Assembly (NCBI GenBank): GCA_963782055.1
Contig: CAWAIF010000003.1
Location: forward strand, 480,001 to 544,000
Direction: 5' to 3'
Length of the DNA: 64,000 bases
From: an uncultured delta proteobacterium
GTDB taxonomy: Bacteria > Myxococcota_A > Polyangia > Polyangiales > Polyangiaceae
This document shows positions 1-11,493 of this stretch, piece after piece. A program made the position numbers and the translations under genes. The notes under the pieces were generated by a model. That model searched no databases. It saw only the letters and a program-made list of their open reading frames with translations, and was not told the DNA's origin. Numbering within the stretch: position 1 is the stretch's first letter; each line of letters opens with the position of its first letter.

Positions 1-196
1 ATGTAGGACAACCTACAAGTGCACCTGCGTCGCGGGCGAGCCCCGCGCGAACGGTGTTTGCGATCCCCGAAGCCCAGTCCGGGTGGCACCTCGCGAAGGC
101 CCCATCGATCGTGATGTCGAGCGCTCCGCCCCCGTGGCGAGCAGGAGACCCGGTCGGTGCTCCATCGCAGGAGTTTAGGTCCCCGGAGTCTCGCAA

Positions 197-997
197 ATGT
201 TCACCAAGTTCGCCTCGGCTTGTCTCGTCGCCATCACCCTCGCCACCGCGTCCCTCACCGCCGCTTGCAGCGCGCCTGTCCAGGACGTCACCGCGGACGG
301 CGCCGACCAGATCGTCTCCCACAGCGCTCATTTCGAGACCTTCGTTGGCAAGGACGGTGACCACTACTTCTCCCTCGTCGCCGCCAACGGCCAGAACGTC
401 CTGCGCTCGGAGGGCTACACGAGCACCTCGGGCATGAAGAACGGGATGTCGTCGGTCGTGTCCAACGGCGTCGACATCACCAACTTCGACATTCGCGAGG
501 CCACCAACGGCGAGTGGTACTTCAACCTGAAGGCGCAGAACCACCGCGTCATCGGCACGAGCGAGACCTACTCCACCAAGTCCAACGCCACCCGCGGCGC
601 GAAGACGGTCGTCGCCCTCACGCTCCTCCTCGGCGCCACGCCCGAGGTCTCCGACGCCCTCCACCAGGAGCAGTTCGAGGTGTTCCGCGGCGAGGACAGG
701 AAGTTCTACTTCCACCTCCGCGCCGGCAACGGCGAGATCGTCCTCGCCTCGCAGGGCTACACCACCAAGCAGAGCGCCGAGAACGGCATCAGCTCGGTGG
801 AGACCAACGGCACGACGGACTCCCGCTACCAGGTGTTCGAGACCGGCGACGGCCAGTACGCCTTCCACCTCAAGGCGGGCAACGGCCGCATCATCGCGCG
901 CAGCGAGTCGTACGTGTCGGAGTCCAACGCGCAGCGCGGCGTCGGCGACTGCGCCAGCATCCTCGGCGACCGCGGCATCCCCGTCGTCACCAAGTGA
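197..997 (+). CDS. YegP/DUF1508-repeat lipoprotein (four repeats)
   Basis: Lipobox LTAA-C after a hydrophobic signal; four copies of the F-x(6)-G-x(2)-YFxL-x-AxNG-x(5)-SE/QGY-x(6)-NG-type DUF1508 pattern. Confidence 0.85.
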   Translation: MFTKFASACLVAITLATASLTAACSAPVQDVTADGADQIVSHSAHFETFVGKDGDHYFSLVAANGQNVLRSEGYTSTSGMKNGMSSVVSNGVDITNFDIREATNGEWYFNLKAQNHRVIGTSETYSTKSNATRGAKTVVALTLLLGATPEVSDALHQEQFEVFRGEDRKFYFHLRAGNGEIVLASQGYTTKQSAENGISSVETNGTTDSRYQVFETGDGQYAFHLKAGNGRIIARSESYVSESNAQRGVGDCASILGDRGIPVVTK

Positions 998-1123
998 CCT
1001 CGCGGGGCTCCCGCCCCGCCCGCGAAACGCCCGGCGGCGGTCCCTTGCGAGGGGCTGCCGCCGCGGTCATTTGGGGCCAGCGCCGGCGCGCGCCGGGCGG
1101 GCGAATGGAGTACAAGGAGCTTG

Positions 1124-3196
1124 ATGTTCGAGCTCGTGGGCACCTTCGCGCGGCCGCAGGTCTCCGCCTGGCCCTGGCTCCTGCCCGCGCTGCCCCTGCT
1201 CTTCGCACTGCTCGTGTGGCGCGCGCGCGTCGTGCCCTCCCGGCGGCTGTCCATCGCGGGGGCGCTGGCGCCCGTCGCCGCGGCCCTCGCGCTCGCGGGG
1301 CGGCTCGCCGCGTTCCCCGCCGACCGTCGCGTGCTCGTCCACCACCTCTGGCTCGCCGCGCGCGTGTCCATGCTCGACGTGTCCGTCGACGCGCGCCTGG
1401 ACCCGGCGGGCGTGGTGCTGGCCGCGGGCGCCGGCCTGGCGTGCGCGGCGTGGCTCCTGCGCGAGAGGGGCCAGGCCCGCCGCCGCCGTGCGCTGCTCGG
1501 CCTCGGGCTCCTGGGCTGCGCGGAGCTCGCCATCGTCGCCGACGGCTTCCCCCTGCTGGTGCTCGCGTGGGCCGGCGCCGCCGCGCTCGCGCTCACGCTG
1601 GGTCGGGCCCAGGCGCCCGCCTTCGTGGCCGATCGCGTCGCCGACGCGGCGCTGCTCTTCGGCGCCATCGCGCTCTTCTGGGTGCTGGGTGGCACCTTCA
1701 CCGCGCAGGGTTACGCGCCGGACCTGGACCCCCGCGTCGTGGCGGCGCGCGCCACGCCCACGCCGCCGCCCACCTTCTTCGATGATGACGACGACGACGA
1801 TCGCGAGGCGCTCCCGCCGCCGGTGACCGGCAACGCGCCGGCCACGCTGACGTTCGTCACCCTCCCCGGCGCCGACGTGGACATCGACGACGCGCGCGTC
1901 CCGCTGCGCGCGCCCTTCGCCGAGCACGCGCTCGCCGGCGGCCTCCACCGCGTACGCGTGCACCCGGGGCACGGCTCGGACGACTTCGTGCTCGACCGCT
2001 TCTACGTCGACGCCGGGGAGCACGCCGCGCTGACCATCCTCGGCTCCACGATGAGCTTCACCGCGCTCGACGCCCAGCTCGCGGCGCACGATCCCTCGGG
2101 CGAGGCGTTCGTCCGGCAGCGCCTCGCTGCCCGCACCCTGTTCGGCCTTCCGGCGGCGTGGCTCGCCGCGGCGATGGTGATCGTGGCCTTCGGCGCGCGC
2201 TCTCTGCGCGAGCGGCGGCCGGCGGTCGCCGGGCTCGCCGGGCTGGCGGCCGTCGCGGTGGTGCTGCGCGCGGCGCCGCTGTTCGCGATCACGCCGGGCT
2301 GGACGCCCGGCTTCGCCGCCGCCTTCGCGGTCCTCTCGGCGGGCGTGGCGACCTACGCGCTCCGGTTCGGCGGGGCCGGGCGCTGGGTCTCGGCGGAGAT
2401 GGCGTTCGCCGCCTTCGCGGTGGCGGTGGGCGCGCCCGCGGCCGGCGTGCTGCACGCTTCGCTCGTGGGGCTCGCGTCGACACGGCCCGCGCGCGTGCCG
2501 CTCGCCGTCTCGGTGGCGCTGTTCGGGACGCGCCTCGCCGCGCTGGAGGCGGCGTACACCCAGCGTGCCGGCGTGCTGCTGCTGGTGCTCGGCGCCGTCG
2601 CGCTGCTCGCGTGCACCGCCGCCGTGCATCGCGGCGCCTCGCGCTCGGCCCGCGTGCCTGCCGCGTGGGCCGTCGCCGTGCTGGGCCTCGGCCTGGGCCT
2701 GGGGCCCCACCTGATCGCCGGAGACGTGCCGTCCCTCATCCAGGCGTGGGTGCTGCCCACGCGCGGCGCCGCGCCGCTCGCCACCGCGCCGGCCGTCTTC
2801 GCGCGCGCCGCGATCGCCCTGCTCGTCGCCGGTCTCACCGCCCTGGCGGTGCGAGACGCCTCGCGCGCGGCGCGCAGCGGCGCCGTGACGGCGATGGCGT
2901 CGGCGGTGCGCGGCGCGCGCGTGTCGGTCCTCGCCGCCGGCGCGGCGGTGCGCTCGCTGGCCGGCGTCGCCGCCGAGCTGGACGAGCGCGTCGTCTCCGG
3001 TGCCGCCGGCGCCGCCGGGCTGCTCGGTCGGGCCGCCGGCTTCGCGCAGGCGTACGTCGACGAGACGCTCTTCGAGGCGCCGACCGAGCGCGTCGCGCGC
3101 GCCGCCGGCGTCGCCGTGGGGCGGGCCATGACGATGGTCCTCGCCGCTCTCTTCCTGCTCATGGCGTTCGCCGCCCTCGCCCCCCTCCTCGCATGA
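1124..3196 (+). CDS. Degenerate NuoL/MrpA-like membrane protein with inserted acidic/PEGA-like loop
   Basis: SD AAGGAG at 1114-1119; NuoL-like landmarks RLDP, IVADG...LAW and FVADRVAD (cf. FxxNRxGD); many TM segments; ATGA overlap with the next gene. Confidence 0.7.
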   Translation: MFELVGTFARPQVSAWPWLLPALPLLFALLVWRARVVPSRRLSIAGALAPVAAALALAGRLAAFPADRRVLVHHLWLAARVSMLDVSVDARLDPAGVVLAAGAGLACAAWLLRERGQARRRRALLGLGLLGCAELAIVADGFPLLVLAWAGAAALALTLGRAQAPAFVADRVADAALLFGAIALFWVLGGTFTAQGYAPDLDPRVVAARATPTPPPTFFDDDDDDDREALPPPVTGNAPATLTFVTLPGADVDIDDARVPLRAPFAEHALAGGLHRVRVHPGHGSDDFVLDRFYVDAGEHAALTILGSTMSFTALDAQLAAHDPSGEAFVRQRLAARTLFGLPAAWLAAAMVIVAFGARSLRERRPAVAGLAGLAAVAVVLRAAPLFAITPGWTPGFAAAFAVLSAGVATYALRFGGAGRWVSAEMAFAAFAVAVGAPAAGVLHASLVGLASTRPARVPLAVSVALFGTRLAALEAAYTQRAGVLLLVLGAVALLACTAAVHRGASRSARVPAAWAVAVLGLGLGLGPHLIAGDVPSLIQAWVLPTRGAAPLATAPAVFARAAIALLVAGLTALAVRDASRAARSGAVTAMASAVRGARVSVLAAGAAVRSLAGVAAELDERVVSGAAGAAGLLGRAAGFAQAYVDETLFEAPTERVARAAGVAVGRAMTMVLAALFLLMAFAALAPLLA

Positions 3197-5329
3197 CGCC
3201 CCTCCTCCGCCGACTGATGCTCGCGTTGCTGGCGCTCGTCGTCGGGGTGACGTGGGCGCCCGCGCGGGCCTGGGCGGGCGGCCGCATCCAGCTCGTCCCC
3301 GTCGGGCAGGCGCGCGGCCCGCTGGAGCTCACGCCGCACGCCGGCTCGCTGGCCGGCGACTTCCGCATCCGCAACGACGACGACGCGCCGCTCGTGGTCT
3401 CGCGCGTGGCGGTGCGCAGCGACGCCGAGGACGTGCGCGTGCCGTCGCGCGTGCTGGTGCACCTCGCCGGGGGAGGCGCCAGCGCCACGGTCCCCCCGCG
3501 CGGCGCGCTGGACGTGCACGTCACGTGGGCGCCGGCGCGCGGCAGGCCGGTGCGCAGCTTCTACGGAGAGGTGGTGGTCACCTCCAGCGACGAGCGCGCG
3601 GGGGAGGTGGCGATGGGCATCCACGGGCGGCTCCCCGGCCGGCTCGGCCGCCTCGGCGATCACCTCCTCTCGGTGATGCTCGCGCTCCCCGTCGGCGGGG
3701 CGCTGCTCCTGGCCATCGGCCTGCTCGCCGGCCTCGCCGGAGAGCGGGGGCGCTTCGCGCGGGCGGTGGCGCTCTCGGTGAGCCTGGCGGAGGCCGCGCT
3801 CGCGTGCGCCGCCTACGCCCTGTTCCACCCGGACCTGCTGCGCGCCGCCGGGACGGAGGGGCTGCAGCTCGTCGAGCACGGCGCGTGGATCCGCCCCCTC
3901 GGCGCGGAGTACTTCGTCGGCGTCGACGGCGGATTGCTGCTCGGCGTGGTGCTCCTCTGCGCGGTGGCGCCGTGCGCGGTCGTCGCCGCGTGGCGGGAGC
4001 AGCGGCAGCCCGCGGGCTTCTTCGCGCTCCTGCTCCTGGCGCTCGCCGCGCTGCTCGGCGCCACGGTCGCGCAGGACGCGCTCTTCTGGCTCACGTGCGT
4101 GGCGTCGGCGGTGCTCGCGCTGGTGCTGCTCGTCGGCGGGTGGGGCTCGGGGGACGCGCGGACCGCGGCGGGGCGGCTCCTGGTGTTCGGCGGGATCGCC
4201 GTGGTGTGCCTGACGGCGGGCGTCGCCCTGCTCCACGCCTTCTCCGACCGCACCTTCCTCGTCGACGGCACCACCGTCAGCCACACCTGGTCGATGCCCG
4301 ATTCTGATGCGCGTCGACTACGCGCGCAAGCCCGGTCACGTGCTGGGCGCGCCGGTGGTGAAGGTCGCCTTCGTGCTGACGTTCCTGGGTGGCTGGGTCC
4401 TGGGGGGCGGGTTCCCGGGGCATGCCTGGTTGCCGCGGACGCTGGCGTGCGCGCCGCCCGCCGCCGCGGCGCTGGTCGTCGCCGGCCTCCTGCGCGTCGC
4501 CGCGCTGGGGATGCTCCGCCTCGACCTGGACGTGCTGCCCAACGCGCTGCGCTGGGCGGCCCCGGCGCTGCTCGGCCTGGGCGCGGCGTCCGCCGCCTAC
4601 GCGTCACTCGCCGCGCTCGGGCAGAGGTCGCTCGTGCGGGTCGTGGCGTTCGCGCTGATCGCGCAGCAGGGCGTCGCGCTCATGGCGTTCGCCTCGCGTA
4701 CGCCGGAGGGGCTCGCCGGCTTCTACGGTCTGCTCTTCGGTGGGGGCGCCGCCGCGGCCGCGGCGGTCCTCGCGCTCGGCATGCTGGAGGCGCGCATCGG
4801 CGCGGTGGAGACCCGGGGGATCGCCGGGCTGGCACGCGACGCCGCGCTGCTCGCGGTCTTCGTAGGCGCCGCGCTCCTCGCGGTGGCGCAGGTCCCCGGT
4901 ACGACGGCCTTCTGGGGGCCGCTCCTCGCCGCGACAGGCGCCGCGCCGCGCGCGCCGGCGCTGACCCTCGTCGCCGGGGCCGCGTGGGTCCTCACCGCGT
5001 GCGCGCTGGTGCTCCCGCTGCTGCGCGTGCTGCGCGGCACCGTCCCCGCGGCGCTGCGCGAGAGCGCGCTGCTCGAGCCCTTCGGCGGCCTGGTGCCCGA
5101 GCTCTCCTCGCGGGAGGCCCTCGCCCTGGCGCCGCTGCTGCTGCTGGCGGTGGGGCTCGGCCTCTACCCGGCGCCGATGTTCGATGTCGCGGCGGGCGCG
5201 GTGCGCGATCACGTCGACCTGGTCGACACCGTGGGACCGGACCAGATCGCGCTGTCCTCCCACGCGCCCTTCGGCCCGCTGGCCGGTATGGGGCCGGTCA
5301 GCCCTTCAGAGCTTCCGCGCCGCCGATGA
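3193..5329 (+). pseudogene. NuoM-like membrane protein with N-terminal Ig-like domain; +1 frameshift at 4302-4303 (pseudogene or sequencing error)
   Basis: NuoM landmarks WIRPLGAEYFVGVDG, GGWG, FPGHAWLP, VPGTTAFWG and LSSRE...LGLYPAP; removing one T from GATTCTGATG joins the two frames as ...SMPDLMRVDY... Confidence 0.7.
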
Positions 5330-6209
5330 TCTCCATCAGCTCCTTGGTGATCGCCGCCTGACGCGCGCGGTTGTACTGGAGCGTCAGCCTGGCGATCATG
5401 TCCTTGGCGTTGCGCGTGGCGGCGTCCATCGCCGTCATCTGCGCGCCGAGGAAGCCGGCCTGACTCTCGAGCAGCGCGCGGTAGACGCTCATCTCCAGGT
5501 ACATGGGCAGCAAGCGGTCGAGCACCTTGCTCTTGTCCGGCTCGAAGATCAGCCCCTCCACCAGGGCGTCCTTCGGCTCGGCCGAAGAATCGGCGGCGAG
5601 GGGCAGGAGCTCGTCGTCGGTGGGCCGCTGCGTGATCGCGCTGCGGAACTCGCTGAAGATGAGGTGGATGGAGTCGAACTCGCCGGCGCGGTAGCGGTCG
5701 GTCAGCCAGATGGCCACCGTCCGCGCGAAGTCGGTCGAGATGTCCTCGTTGCCGCGCGCGAAGTGATGCACCACCGTCCCCTTGCGACGGGTGAGGTAGT
5801 CGCGTCCCTTGCGGCCGATGGTGGCGAAGAAGACGCTGCGCCCCTCCTCCTCCTTCTTCTTCCACGCCGCCTCGGCCATCTTGCCGATGTTGGTGTTGAA
5901 GGCGCCGCAGAGGCCGCGGTCGCTGGTCACCACCAGCAGCAGCACGCTCTTCTCCGGGCGGCGCACCAGCAGCGGGTGGATGTCCTGGGCCTCCTCCGCG
6001 CCGCTCTCCTCGCTCGTCGTCTCCTCGGTGATGGCCCAGGACACCGCGTGGACGGCCTCCCGCGTCTTCACCGCGTAGGGACGGAGCGCCGTGATGCGCT
6101 GCTGCGCGCGGTTGAGGCGCGCGCCAGCGACCATCTTCATGGCGCGGGTGATCTTCTGCGTCGACTTGACGCTGGCGATCCGCTTGCGAATGGTCTTGAG
6201 AGAAGGCAT
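5298..6209 (-). CDS. atpG: F1 ATP synthase gamma subunit
   Basis: KITRAMKMVA, SDRGLCGAFN and YNRARQAAITKELMEIIGGAEAL motifs. Confidence 0.98.
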   Translation of the reverse strand: MPSLKTIRKRIASVKSTQKITRAMKMVAGARLNRAQQRITALRPYAVKTREAVHAVSWAITEETTSEESGAEEAQDIHPLLVRRPEKSVLLLVVTSDRGLCGAFNTNIGKMAEAAWKKKEEEGRSVFFATIGRKGRDYLTRRKGTVVHHFARGNEDISTDFARTVAIWLTDRYRAGEFDSIHLIFSEFRSAITQRPTDDELLPLAADSSAEPKDALVEGLIFEPDKSKVLDRLLPMYLEMSVYRALLESQAGFLGAQMTAMDAATRNAKDMIARLTLQYNRARQAAITKELMEIIGGAEALKG

Positions 6210-6229
6210 CGGGGCTCCGGATCAGGCGG

Positions 6230-8113
<1,884 letters not shown>

Positions 8114-8165
8114 GGTCGGTTTCTCGGCTATGCGGGGTGGTGCGAGGGGTGGAGAGTGGCTTGGC

Positions 8166-8708
8166 CTAGTTGGGGAGCAGCGCGTTGCGCAGGCTCTCGA
8201 GACGGGTGCGGAGGGAGCCGTCGAGGACCATGTCCCCGAGGCGCGTCACGACGCCGCCGAGCAGCGCGGGGTCCTGCTTGCGGTCGAGCACGACGCGCTT
8301 GCCGGTCATCTTCTCGAGCTGCTCCTTGAGGCGCGAGTAGAAGGCCTCGCTGAGCGGGGCGGCGGTGGTGACCTCGGCGCGGACCAGGCCCTTGCGCTGG
8401 TCGTTCATCTCCCGGAGCATCTGGGCGATCTCCGGCAGGAGCTTGAGGCGGTTGCGGTCGCCCAGGAGCATCACGGTGTGCTTGGCGGTGGGGCCGACGC
8501 CCAGCTTGTCGGAGAGCTCGGCGAGGATGGCGCGCCGGGCGGGGTGCGGGACGACGGGGTTGTCCAGCGCGGCGCGGAGCTCCTCGCTCGCCTCGTAGGC
8601 GTTCGCCGTGGCCTCCATCTCCCCGGTGAGGGCGTCCAGGTTGCCGCCTTCGGTGCCCAGCTCCAGCAGTGCGCTGGCGTAGCGGCGCGAGACGTGGGCG
8701 GCGATCAC
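8166..8708 (-). CDS. atpH: ATP synthase delta subunit
   Basis: RRYASAL N-terminus, [22 protein letters not shown]-terminus; operon position. Confidence 0.95.
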   Translation of the reverse strand: MIAAHVSRRYASALLELGTEGGNLDALTGEMEATANAYEASEELRAALDNPVVPHPARRAILAELSDKLGVGPTAKHTVMLLGDRNRLKLLPEIAQMLREMNDQRKGLVRAEVTTAAPLSEAFYSRLKEQLEKMTGKRVVLDRKQDPALLGGVVTRLGDMVLDGSLRTRLESLRNALLPN

Positions 8709-9415
8709 GAGGCACCTCCGGCGGCGCCCGGGCGCTCGCGCGCGAGCTGGTCGAGGAACTCCTGCGCCAGGCGCTCGTGGTCCGCCGGGGTCAGCCCCTT
8801 CTTGATCATGCCCTCGGCCGCTGCGACGGCGGACTCCACCGCCTCGCGGGTGAGGTCGATCTTGAGCTGCTTGCCCTCCTGCTCCAGCATGAAGTCGGCG
8901 TCGCGGCGCATGCGCGCGGCCTTCTCCTGTGCCTCGCGGACGATCTTGTCGCGATCGCCCTCGCCGGCGGCGACGAGGGCCTTGCGGCCCTGCTCGGCGT
9001 CCGTCTGGACGTCCTCCAGCTTGGCCTGGTAGCGCTCGGCGCGGCCCTCCGCCTCCGCGAGCATGCGCGCTGCGCCCTCGATGTCCTTGGCGATGCCGTC
9101 CTTGCGGTTCTTCAGCCCCTGGACCACCGCCTTCTTGCCGAAGCGGTAGTAGAGGTAAAAGAGGATCACCGTGTCGAGGACGAGCGCGCCGTAGGGCGGC
9201 TGCTTCCGGTTGCCCAGGTCGATCCAGTTGATGGGGCCGGGTGGGCCACTCTCCTCGGCCTCTTCGCCCTTCTTCTCCACGGGCGCGGCGGTGCTCTCCT
9301 GCCCCTGCTCGATGGTCGGCTCGGGCTGGAGGCTCGCGGCGAGCGCGGTGGTGCTGGCGAAGAGGAGCGAGAGGAGGAGGGCGACGGCGGCCCCCGCGGT
9401 CAGGCGGCGCATCAT
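8705..9415 (-). CDS. atpF: ATP synthase F0 subunit b
   Basis: N-terminal hydrophobic segment, TM helix, long coiled coil; ATGA overlaps with both neighbours; upstream of atpH. Confidence 0.85.
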   Translation of the reverse strand: MMRRLTAGAAVALLLSLLFASTTALAASLQPEPTIEQGQESTAAPVEKKGEEAEESGPPGPINWIDLGNRKQPPYGALVLDTVILFYLYYRFGKKAVVQGLKNRKDGIAKDIEGAARMLAEAEGRAERYQAKLEDVQTDAEQGRKALVAAGEGDRDKIVREAQEKAARMRRDADFMLEQEGKQLKIDLTREAVESAVAAAEGMIKKGLTPADHERLAQEFLDQLARERPGAAGGAS

Positions 9416-9921
9416 CCGGACACCTCCCGCCCGAGCACGCGCGTGGCCAGGTCCTTGGCGAGGCGCTCCTGGTCCTTGCGCAGCTCCCCGCGCAGGGCGG
9501 TGGCCTCCTCGGCGGCCTTGCGGCGCGCCGCGTCCATCTTCGCCTGCGTCTCCTCGCGGACCTTGCCGAGCAGCTCGCTCTCCTTCTTCAGACCCTCGCC
9601 CTTGAGGCGCTCGCGCTCGGCGTTGCCGGCGGCGCGCGCCTTGTCCATGGCCGACTCGTACTTCGTCTTGGCCTCGATCGACTCCATGTCGATGTCGCGC
9701 GCCTGCTTGATGGCGCCCTCGATGCGGCGCTCGCGCTCCTCGAAGAGCTTGAGCATCGGGTCGAAGAGCAGCGGCTTGAGCACCACCCAGAGGAAAAGGA
9801 AGATGGCGATCTGGACCACGATGGTCCAGTCGAAGTCGACTGTGACGCCCCCCGCGGCGGCGCCGTGGGTGACCGTCTTTGCGAGGGCGTCGGCTCCCAG
9901 GCCGATGCTGACGAGAGACAT
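9412..9921 (-). CDS. ATP synthase F0 subunit b'
   Basis: DWTIVVQIAIFLFLWVVLKPLLFDPMLKLFEERERRI followed by a coiled coil. Confidence 0.85.
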   Translation of the reverse strand: MSLVSIGLGADALAKTVTHGAAAGGVTVDFDWTIVVQIAIFLFLWVVLKPLLFDPMLKLFEERERRIEGAIKQARDIDMESIEAKTKYESAMDKARAAGNAERERLKGEGLKKESELLGKVREETQAKMDAARRKAAEEATALRGELRKDQERLAKDLATRVLGREVSG

Positions 9922-10106
9922 GGATCCTCGAGAGGACACGGAAGAGGTGAAACGCGGCCATCGCCGGGGAAACCCGCGGCTTTTCGCCGGCAGGCCAGTA
10001 CCATCATGCGGCCGGCATGTCTACGGCTGCTCGCACGTTCAACGTCCGTCGTCGGGGTGGAGCGCGGGCTGGTGTAGGGCCCCTGGCGGCTCGCGTCCAG
10101 CGCGGA

Positions 10107-10907
10107 CTAGCGGCCGCGGGCGAGGCGGCGCAGGCTCAGGTTGGCGCTGCGGACCCGGACGGGGATGGACTTGATGCCGGTGTCCGGGTTGCTCGTCCCG
10201 AAGGTCGAGGGGATGCCGTTGGTCCGCACGGTGCTGTCCGACAGGCGCGGACCGAGCGGACGAGGGGCGGGGGCGGCGGCGCGCACCTCACCGGACGGCG
10301 GCACCGAGCGGCGCGGAGGGGGGACCAGGCTGATGGCGTGGGCTCTCGGCGGCGGGGGCGGAAGGGTGGCGACCGACTGGCCGGGGACGGCGGGCGGGGG
10401 CGGCAGCGGCCGGCGGATGGGCTCCCCACCCGGTGGGCTGGAGCGAGTGCGCACCAGGGCAGAGCCCAGCGGGCGGCTGGAGATGGGGCGCGCGAGGGCG
10501 GAGCTGGGCAGGGGGCGGAGCAGCGGCATGGGCGCGGCGGAGGGAGGCGCGCTCGGGCGGACCGGGACGGCGACCACCGGCGTGGCGTCCTCGTTCGCCG
10601 GCGGGGGCGAGGAGATGGTCGTCCCGTTGCGCTTGTCCTCGAAGCGGAGCACCGGCTGGGTGCGAACCAGGCGGATCTTGCCGTCCTCGTCGGTGTGGGC
10701 GAAGAGCATCGGGCAGCCGGCCCGGGGCATGTCCACCAGCCCGCCGGAGGAGGCGAGATCGAGCGTGGCGACGTACTGGGCGCCGACGATGCGCTCGGGC
10801 ACCTGCGCGTGGGTGCGGCCGGGCGGCGCGACTGCCCACCGGCAGATGCCCTGCCCGTCGAGCATGAAGACACCCGATTCGGTGTGCGCGGCGTACACGA
10901 TCTCCAT
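10107..10907 (-). CDS. Hypothetical protein: ~95-aa globular N-terminus plus Pro-rich disordered tail
   Basis: High-GC3 frame; compact N-domain (HTESGVFMLDGQGICRW...LVRTQPVLRFE); start chosen at MEIVY. Confidence 0.65.
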   Translation of the reverse strand: MEIVYAAHTESGVFMLDGQGICRWAVAPPGRTHAQVPERIVGAQYVATLDLASSGGLVDMPRAGCPMLFAHTDEDGKIRLVRTQPVLRFEDKRNGTTISSPPPANEDATPVVAVPVRPSAPPSAAPMPLLRPLPSSALARPISSRPLGSALVRTRSSPPGGEPIRRPLPPPPAVPGQSVATLPPPPPRAHAISLVPPPRRSVPPSGEVRAAAPAPRPLGPRLSDSTVRTNGIPSTFGTSNPDTGIKSIPVRVRSANLSLRRLARGR

Positions 10908-10959
10908 CACGCGCGTATGAATGCAAAGGTCGGGCTCGGCCGGTCGGGGTGTCTCCCTT

Positions 10960-11298
10960 TCACGACGAGCGGCTTTTTCTGGGTTTTCGACCCCCACCAG
11001 AGCGCGGCGAATGGACCTTCGGCGATCCACCCCGGGGAGGAGACGGTCCATCGGCACGGGAGGGGCGCGCGTTGCGGTACGGCTGCTGGGCGGCGCTGCG
11101 GCTCACGCAGAGGCGCGGGCCGTCCGGGCCGAGCTCCGGGTGGACGCTGGCGTACCCCTCGGCCGTCGCGAAGCCCGCGAGGTCGCCGCGGTGGGCCTCC
11201 ATGTGCTCGCTGAAGCGCTTCCAGAACGCCTGGGCCTCCGGCTCGGGCATGGGCACTCCGTCGACGAGGACCTCCAGGGCGGGCACGGCCTCGAGCAT
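10960..11298 (-). CDS. Small hypothetical protein (true start may be GTG at 11286)
   Basis: Protein-like composition (AFWKRFSEHMEAHRGDLAGFA); fills the intergenic space. Confidence 0.6.
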   Translation of the reverse strand: MLEAVPALEVLVDGVPMPEPEAQAFWKRFSEHMEAHRGDLAGFATAEGYASVHPELGPDGPRLCVSRSAAQQPYRNARPSRADGPSPPRGGSPKVHSPRSGGGRKPRKSRSS

Positions 11299-11493
11299 AG
11301 CACCCGCCCGGCAGGGCCCGCCCCCGCAGAAACCCGCCGGAACGCTCGATTGTCAGCCTGCTAGCGGTCCGACGGGTGGCCGCGTCCCGCCCGCCCCCCT
11401 GTCCCGGCCACCCCCCGGCCACCCCGTCCCACCTACCTTTCGGGGCGAGATCATCAGCAAGCACTCGAAAGGGCCTCGAACGGCCCTCCGCCC

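Noticed and set aside
84..101. TGGCAC as a sigma54 promoter for the DUF1508 gene
   Set aside because: No TTGC/GC element at the required -12 spacing
2158..5361. 1067-aa ORF as a single gene
   Set aside because: Only 3193 to about 4302 is protein-like; the rest is off-frame of the NuoL-like gene and of the post-frameshift NuoM half
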